The position numbers and the translations under genes were made by a program. A stretch of 13,946 bases of DNA, taken from contig JBHGNT010000912.1 in the NCBI GenBank assembly GCA_043228905.1, forward strand, positions 1 through 13,946. Reading direction: 5' to 3'. Of this stretch, positions 9,020-13,946 are shown in pieces (within the stretch, counting starts at the first letter, position 1; each line of letters starts with the position of its first letter). The notes beneath the pieces were generated by a model. The model had not been told where the DNA came from. It saw only the letters and a list, made by a program, of their open reading frames with translations, and ran no database searches. Source of the stretch: Azolla caroliniana. Lineage: Eukaryota > Plantae > Polypodiophyta.

Positions 9020-9501
9020 ATTCCCAACCGATAGTTTGGATAGGTTCTGGTTCACATCAACAATCGGCCCCACGAACGTGACGAGCAACACGGTAGACGT
9101 GTCTAACATGCCGGACGATGTGCCCATGGTGGTGATGCAATCAAATGTGATGGCCACCACGACAGATGGGCTCATGTACAACTTCAGTATTCCCGGAACC
9201 CACCATTACTACATCAACTTGTTCTTTGTGGAACTAGATCCTCAAGTCACAACCGGTCGTGTCTTTGATGTTAGTTTGAATGGAGTACCTAACGTCAAGA
9301 ACGTTGATGTGTTCGACTTGAATTTGGGACGCTACAATTGGTACTCGATTTTCACACCTAGTGCATTTGGCCCTTACGTCGACTATGTCCTTATCACCCT
9401 CACACCTTCCCCGTCCGCCACATATCTCCCTTTTCTCGCCGCACTTGAAGTCATGCAAGTCTTTGACAACCCCATGGTTGTCTCCACCTCATCTGACGAT
9501 G
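9020..9501 (+). CDS. Malectin-like domain receptor, coding exon 2 (second malectin module); downstream exons lie outside the window
   Basis: Acceptor TTGTAG| at 9019. Translates FPTDSLDRFW...PDDVPMVVMQS...YYINLFFVEL...RVFDVSLNG...ATYLPFLAALEVMQ...STSSDD, then G|GTATGT donor at 9501/9502 (phase 1). This is the position where LRR-I genes have an intron ahead of the GDPC/LRR-cap exon. Confidence 0.92.
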
Positions 9502-9550
9502 GTATGTGCTTCCTTATCTAGTATGTATAAATAGCTAAGCGAAGAATGCT

Positions 9551-10028
9551 TGCCATAACGTTTATTAGAGATTAGGTACTAAAGTAAGCATAAAATAAGG
9601 ATATATCAATGATAGATCTAGAAAGAATAGAGAGAAAAGAGAGAAAGAAGGGTGCCGATCCACCCGACCACCCCCGAGCGAAGGGATCGAGACGGACTCG
9701 AGCCTCGATCGGCGTCCCATACCACCGCCTTGGCGTCGAGTCGTACTTGGACGATAGCGCGCTTGCTACAAGAGTCGTTCCACTCACGGACAGAGTCTCG
9801 ACGTAGTCAATGCATGCCCCAAATGAGGGTAGCTAGGCCTCTTATTTATAGTAATTCTCAAGGCCCCCAGCCATGTTCACACTTGGCCTCATGGGTTGTC
9901 TCAATCCCGAGGATTAAAAGTAATCCTCCCCTTCTTTAGACTCTTTGTTTAACCCTCACACTTATCCACGTGTATAGAATACTACGACAATGCTCACCAC
10001 GGGATATTATATGGTCATGCCCGTAACA
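9551..10028 (-). repeat. 3' LTR of the chromovirus (about 478 bp)
   Basis: Minus strand starts TGTTAC at 10028, 2 nt after the PPT. TATA box CTATAAATAAG (forward 9841-9851), CT-rich tract, AATAAA (forward 9561-9566), probable end ...TATGGCA at 9551. The distal end is less certain than the proximal end. Confidence 0.75.
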
Positions 10029-13000
10029 TACTCCCCCTCTTTAAAACATTGCACTCTTGCAATGGAAAGTTAGGGAAGTTAGTTCTTAGAGTCGTTTCGC
10101 GTTCCCATGTGGCATCTTTGATTGATTTATCCATCCATTTTATTTTAAATTCTCGGATTTCCTTAGCACGTAATTTTTTTGTTTTAACATCGAGAATTCT
10201 TTCTGGTACATGTGGTTTAGAAGATAAATCTTCAGAAGTAACCAGAGTTTCAGTTGTAACTGTATTGTCGCCTGAACCTAGAAGTTCTTTTAGACGACTT
10301 ACATGAAAGACTGGATGGATTCCAACACCATCGGGAAGAGCGAGACGATAGGCTGATGATCCAATGCGTTTGAGGACTGTAAAAGGTCCACAAAACCGTG
10401 GGGCTAACTTAGCGCACTTACCCGTAGACAATGTCTTAGAATTGTGAGGTACACGTAAAAATACCTTCTGTCCAGGGCTGAATACACGAGGTTGCCTGTG
10501 ATGATCGGCATAAAAACGCGCTCTATCTTGAGCTGTTTTTATATTATCCCGTGCAATATGCAACATATCTTGCATATCCCGAAGAAAGTTTTGCGTACTT
10601 CGCAACTCATCATGATGTATATTAACATCAATCGGGGCTCGTGGCTGAAATCCATACATCAACATAAAAGGACTATATCCCGTCGACGTATGCTTGGAGC
10701 TGTTATAAGCAAACTCCAAAATTGGGAGGTAACGTTCCCATTTTGTTGGTTTTGCACCAACGTATGCTCGAAGCATGTCCTCAATAATTTGATTTACTCG
10801 TTCTGTCTGTCCATCGGATTGAGGATGATCCGTGGAGCTCATGCTCAACGTAGTTTCTAACTTCTTAAAGACTTGCGTCCAGAAGTCACTAGTAAACTTT
10901 GGATCTCGGTCACTCACGATATCCATCGGTAACCCGTAAAAACGAAATAACTCATCAACGAATTGGTAAGCCAATTCAGGAGCTGTTACCGTGGTTTTAG
11001 TAGCAATAAATCTGGCCATTTTAGTTAGTCTATCAACCACAACCCATATGGCATCATGACCTTTTTGGGTGCGAGGAAGGCTAACAATAAAATCCATGGA
11101 TATACTTTCCCACTTATTATTGGGAATGTCCAATGGATGTAAAAGTCCTGCGGCTTTAAGTCGCTCGGCTTTGTTAACCTGACATTGGTGACATTTAGTC
11201 ACATAGCTATGTATGTCAGGACGCATCTTAGGCCAATAAAATTGAGTGGAGATGAGAACGAGTGTACGATGTATTCCAGGGTGCCCTGCTGAGGGTGCAT
11301 CATGGCATTCAAAAAGAATTCTCTTTTTGACCTCAGGCAAATCTGGAACACAAACCTTCCCATTACGGTAGAGCAGACCGTTAGCAATGTGGAAGTATTC
11401 CTTCGAGGGTGTGGTGGTGTCTGTTCCAGACTCGACTCTTGCCCAGTATTTTGCAAAATAATTGTCATCAAGATACTTTCCTCGAAGGTGATCATAAAGA
11501 TCTGATGTTATTTCAGTGAAGCTAAGCATGTTAACTTCACGGATGCGACTTAGTGCATCAGCGACAGTATTCATGGAACCTTTACGATATCGTATGGAAA
11601 AATCAAAGTCCTGGATGAGATCATCCCATCGTGCCTTACGACCTTTCAGGTCTTGTTGGTCACAAAAATATTTCAAGGACTCGTGGTCCGTAGTTACCAC
11701 AAAGCGATTTCCATAAAGATAATGGCGCCATGTTTTGAGCGCATGTATAACCGCAAATAATTCCTTTTCTTGAACGGTATACCGACATTGAGCAGAATCA
11801 AGTTTCTTACTCTCGAATGCTATTGGTTTACCATCTTGATACAAGACAGCACCTATAGCATAATCGCTTGCGTCGGTTTCAACCTCAAAAGGTTTTGAAG
11901 GATCGGGTAAAAGAAGTGAAGGAGCCTTGCATACCAAGTCCTTGAGTTCCTTAAAGGCGAGGTCTAGTGTAGCATTCCACACAATAGGTTTTGTAGACTT
12001 ACACGTTTGACCTTTTAGAAGATCAGTAAACGGCGTCGTCAATTGTGAGTAATTACGAAGAGATTTTCGCAAAAATCCGACAAAACCAAGGAATGATCGA
12101 ACTTCTCGAATATTCCGAAGAGTGGGCCAAAGCTTGATTTTCTCGATGCGAGAAGGATCAATTTCAACTCCTCGTTCGGTTATGAGATGTCCAAGATAAG
12201 TAATTGATTTCTTGAAGAACTCACATTTTGAGATCTTCGCGTAAAATTGTTTGTCACGCAATATTTGTAAAACAAAGCGGACATGTCTAGCATGTTCTTG
12301 TAATGTACGGCTATAAACTAAAATATCATCTAAGAAGATAACGACAAATTTTCCAAGTTGTTCTCGGAAAATGTCATTCATTTCTTGTTGAAATGTAGCC
12401 GGAGCATTGGTCAAACCAAAAGGCATAACCAAAAACTCATAATGGCCGTAGCGCGTACGAAATGTTGTTTTAGGAACATCGTCCTCACTTATTTGTATTT
12501 GATGGTAGCCAGTACGGAGATCAAGTTTCGTAAAATACCGAGCTCCCTGGAGACGGTCAATTAGATCGTCAGCCCGGGGCAATGGGTACGAATTCTTGAT
12601 CGTCACTTTATTCAAGCGTCGGTAATTAATACACATACGCCATGTGCCCTCTTTCTTTTTAACCAAGAGAACTGGTGCACCCCATGGAGATTTACTATAA
12701 CGTATATAACCCATTCGTAAATAGTCCTTAAGTTGCTTAGCTACCTCATCCTCTTCAGATCGACTTAGGCGATACGGAGGTATACTAATGGGTGCAATGC
12801 CAGGTACAATATCTATACGATGGTCTATATTACGTTTAGGAGGTAAACCATCGGGTAGTTCACTCGGAAAAACATCACGAAAATCGTTTACGATTTCATC
12901 AAGTTGTTTTTGTTCAAAATATGTTAATTGACCCGAGACATTATCGATATTGTAAACGTGAATGTCCGGATCAAGTACACAATAAAATAACGTAGAACAA

Positions 13001-13944
13001 GACAACTCGGATATTGATGGACACGAGGAAACAATCGAGAGGGATTGTTTTGTTACACATTGAATAAAATGCGTACAATCGTTGAGTACAAAAGAAATGG
13101 AATGGCGAACCCAATCAATAAATAAAGAAGAGCTTTTATTATAAAACCAGGGATAACCCAGTATTACATCGGTGGTACTAAGATTCATTACATGGAAGTC
13201 TACTTCCTCTATATAGGTATCAATAGAAATTCCTAAAGAATGAATCGCCCCGTTGATGTGTTGTACTCTTCCATCAGCCAAGTGCACCGTGTAGGTGTGA
13301 TCACTTACGGTGGGTTGGATTCCCCACATCTGTACCAAACGATCATTCACAAAATTGTGTGAGCTTCCCGAATCAAATAAAAATTGTACGGGAGATCCAT
13401 TGATATACCCGTTTGCACGTAGTAAATCATTGGGACCCAATACATAATGAGGGAAAGAACATTGACAATTACTCAAATGATGTGTATAGACCTGAAGGAC
13501 ATTAGGAATCTGACCTTTATGGTCTATAGCTTTAGGTTTGGCGTCGTGCTCTTTTCGTTGGAGCTTACGACATTGCTCTTTTGTATGACCCTTCTTTTTG
13601 CAGAATACGCAAAAAGGATGTTGTCGCTTATAATCGCGATCCATGAATTCATTGGGTGTCTTGCGTTTCCCAACGAATTGCGACTGCTTAGTCCCGGGCG
13701 CTTCGTTGGGTTTGTTATGGTCCTTCTTCGAAGTGCGTTGATAGCGAAGAACTATCTCAACGGCCTCTTCGAAGGATTTTGGATCCTTATCGTGCACTAT
13801 CCAGTGATAGTCCGAATTGGGGATGCCATTGACAAAACAAGCTATTAACCAATTGTCCCCTTCTAGACCCGATTTTTGGATTTGGGTTCTAGCATGGTGG
13901 ACATAGTCTTCTAGCGAGGAAAACTTCCTGCTAGAGAGGTTCAT
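10015..13944 (-). CDS. gag-pol: Gag-Pol polyprotein (N-terminus probably outside window)
   Basis: 1309 codons without a stop: CCHC knuckle [14 protein letters not shown] (13611-13570), protease [43 protein letters not shown], RNase [20 protein letters not shown], integrase HHCC plus ISMDF/VSDRD/GQTER plus GPF motif, and chromodomain PERILD...KIKW...ATWE. Confidence 0.97.
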   Translation of the reverse strand: MNLSSRKFSSLEDYVHHARTQIQKSGLEGDNWLIACFVNGIPNSDYHWIVHDKDPKSFEEAVEIVLRYQRTSKKDHNKPNEAPGTKQSQFVGKRKTPNEFMDRDYKRQHPFCVFCKKKGHTKEQCRKLQRKEHDAKPKAIDHKGQIPNVLQVYTHHLSNCQCSFPHYVLGPNDLLRANGYINGSPVQFLFDSGSSHNFVNDRLVQMWGIQPTVSDHTYTVHLADGRVQHINGAIHSLGISIDTYIEEVDFHVMNLSTTDVILGYPWFYNKSSSLFIDWVRHSISFVLNDCTHFIQCVTKQSLSIVSSCPSISELSCSTLFYCVLDPDIHVYNIDNVSGQLTYFEQKQLDEIVNDFRDVFPSELPDGLPPKRNIDHRIDIVPGIAPISIPPYRLSRSEEDEVAKQLKDYLRMGYIRYSKSPWGAPVLLVKKKEGTWRMCINYRRLNKVTIKNSYPLPRADDLIDRLQGARYFTKLDLRTGYHQIQISEDDVPKTTFRTRYGHYEFLVMPFGLTNAPATFQQEMNDIFREQLGKFVVIFLDDILVYSRTLQEHARHVRFVLQILRDKQFYAKISKCEFFKKSITYLGHLITERGVEIDPSRIEKIKLWPTLRNIREVRSFLGFVGFLRKSLRNYSQLTTPFTDLLKGQTCKSTKPIVWNATLDLAFKELKDLVCKAPSLLLPDPSKPFEVETDASDYAIGAVLYQDGKPIAFESKKLDSAQCRYTVQEKELFAVIHALKTWRHYLYGNRFVVTTDHESLKYFCDQQDLKGRKARWDDLIQDFDFSIRYRKGSMNTVADALSRIREVNMLSFTEITSDLYDHLRGKYLDDNYFAKYWARVESGTDTTTPSKEYFHIANGLLYRNGKVCVPDLPEVKKRILFECHDAPSAGHPGIHRTLVLISTQFYWPKMRPDIHSYVTKCHQCQVNKAERLKAAGLLHPLDIPNNKWESISMDFIVSLPRTQKGHDAIWVVVDRLTKMARFIATKTTVTAPELAYQFVDELFRFYGLPMDIVSDRDPKFTSDFWTQVFKKLETTLSMSSTDHPQSDGQTERVNQIIEDMLRAYVGAKPTKWERYLPILEFAYNSSKHTSTGYSPFMLMYGFQPRAPIDVNIHHDELRSTQNFLRDMQDMLHIARDNIKTAQDRARFYADHHRQPRVFSPGQKVFLRVPHNSKTLSTGKCAKLAPRFCGPFTVLKRIGSSAYRLALPDGVGIHPVFHVSRLKELLGSGDNTVTTETLVTSEDLSSKPHVPERILDVKTKKLRAKEIREFKIKWMDKSIKDATWERETTLRTNFPNFPLQECNVLKRGSMLRA
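10031..10042 (-). other. Polypurine tract of the chromovirus
   Basis: Minus strand AAAGAGGGGGAG followed by TA|TGTTAC. Confidence 0.9.
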
Positions 13945-13946
13945 TA

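Larger units (their letters stand above)
9551..13946 (-). mobile_element. Ty3/gypsy chromovirus LTR retrotransposon (3' LTR, PPT, gag-pol); 5' part outside window
   Basis: Domain order Gag-PR-RT-RH-IN-chromodomain, with PPT and LTR downstream. The left boundary at 9551 is a best guess because the other LTR and TSD are not in the window. Confidence 0.95.

Noticed and set aside
5948-9501. Naming the receptor SYMRK, FERONIA/CrRLK1L, IOS1 or FRK1
   Set aside because: Only the ectodomain start is visible. Intron positions favour LRR-I over the typically intronless CrRLK1L, but orthology needs the kinase domain and a phylogeny; a receptor-like protein without a kinase is also possible.
10049-13848. 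Plus-strand ORFs overlapping gag-pol (e.g. 10492-10860, 13447-13848) as antisense genes
   Set aside because: Short, motif-free shadows expected opposite a long coding frame.
13942-13946. ATG at 13944 as the true gag start
   Set aside because: It lies at the window edge with no upstream stop visible, and the Gag region before the knuckle is only about 110 aa, so the ORF probably extends beyond the window.

Overview
AT-rich, intron-containing land-plant nuclear DNA. A fern or other non-seed plant is my guess from sequence style, but this is not demonstrable here. From left to right: (1) the 5' end of a decayed Ty1/copia element on the minus strand (gag pseudogene 1-869, PBS, LTR 1434-1809), with a related solo LTR (905-1348, 5-bp TSD TTACC) nested in its leader in the opposite orientation; (2) an orphan receptor-kinase exon with a premature stop (1979-2190), followed by the 3' remnant of a second copia element (RNase H tail, PPT, LTR 2891-3151); (3) a 244-bp foldback Mutator-like MITE with a 9-bp TSD (4230-4473); (4) a W-box-rich upstream region and the first two coding exons (5948-6663, 9020-9501) of a signal-peptide plus malectin-like-domain receptor gene of LRR-I RLK type; (5) a young Ty3/gypsy chromovirus with an uninterrupted gag-pol ORF, inserted antisense about 50 bp into intron 2 and running off the window. 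I see no evidence for a wholly new biological system. The interest lies in a probable tandem RLK cluster being remodelled by several generations of transposons.
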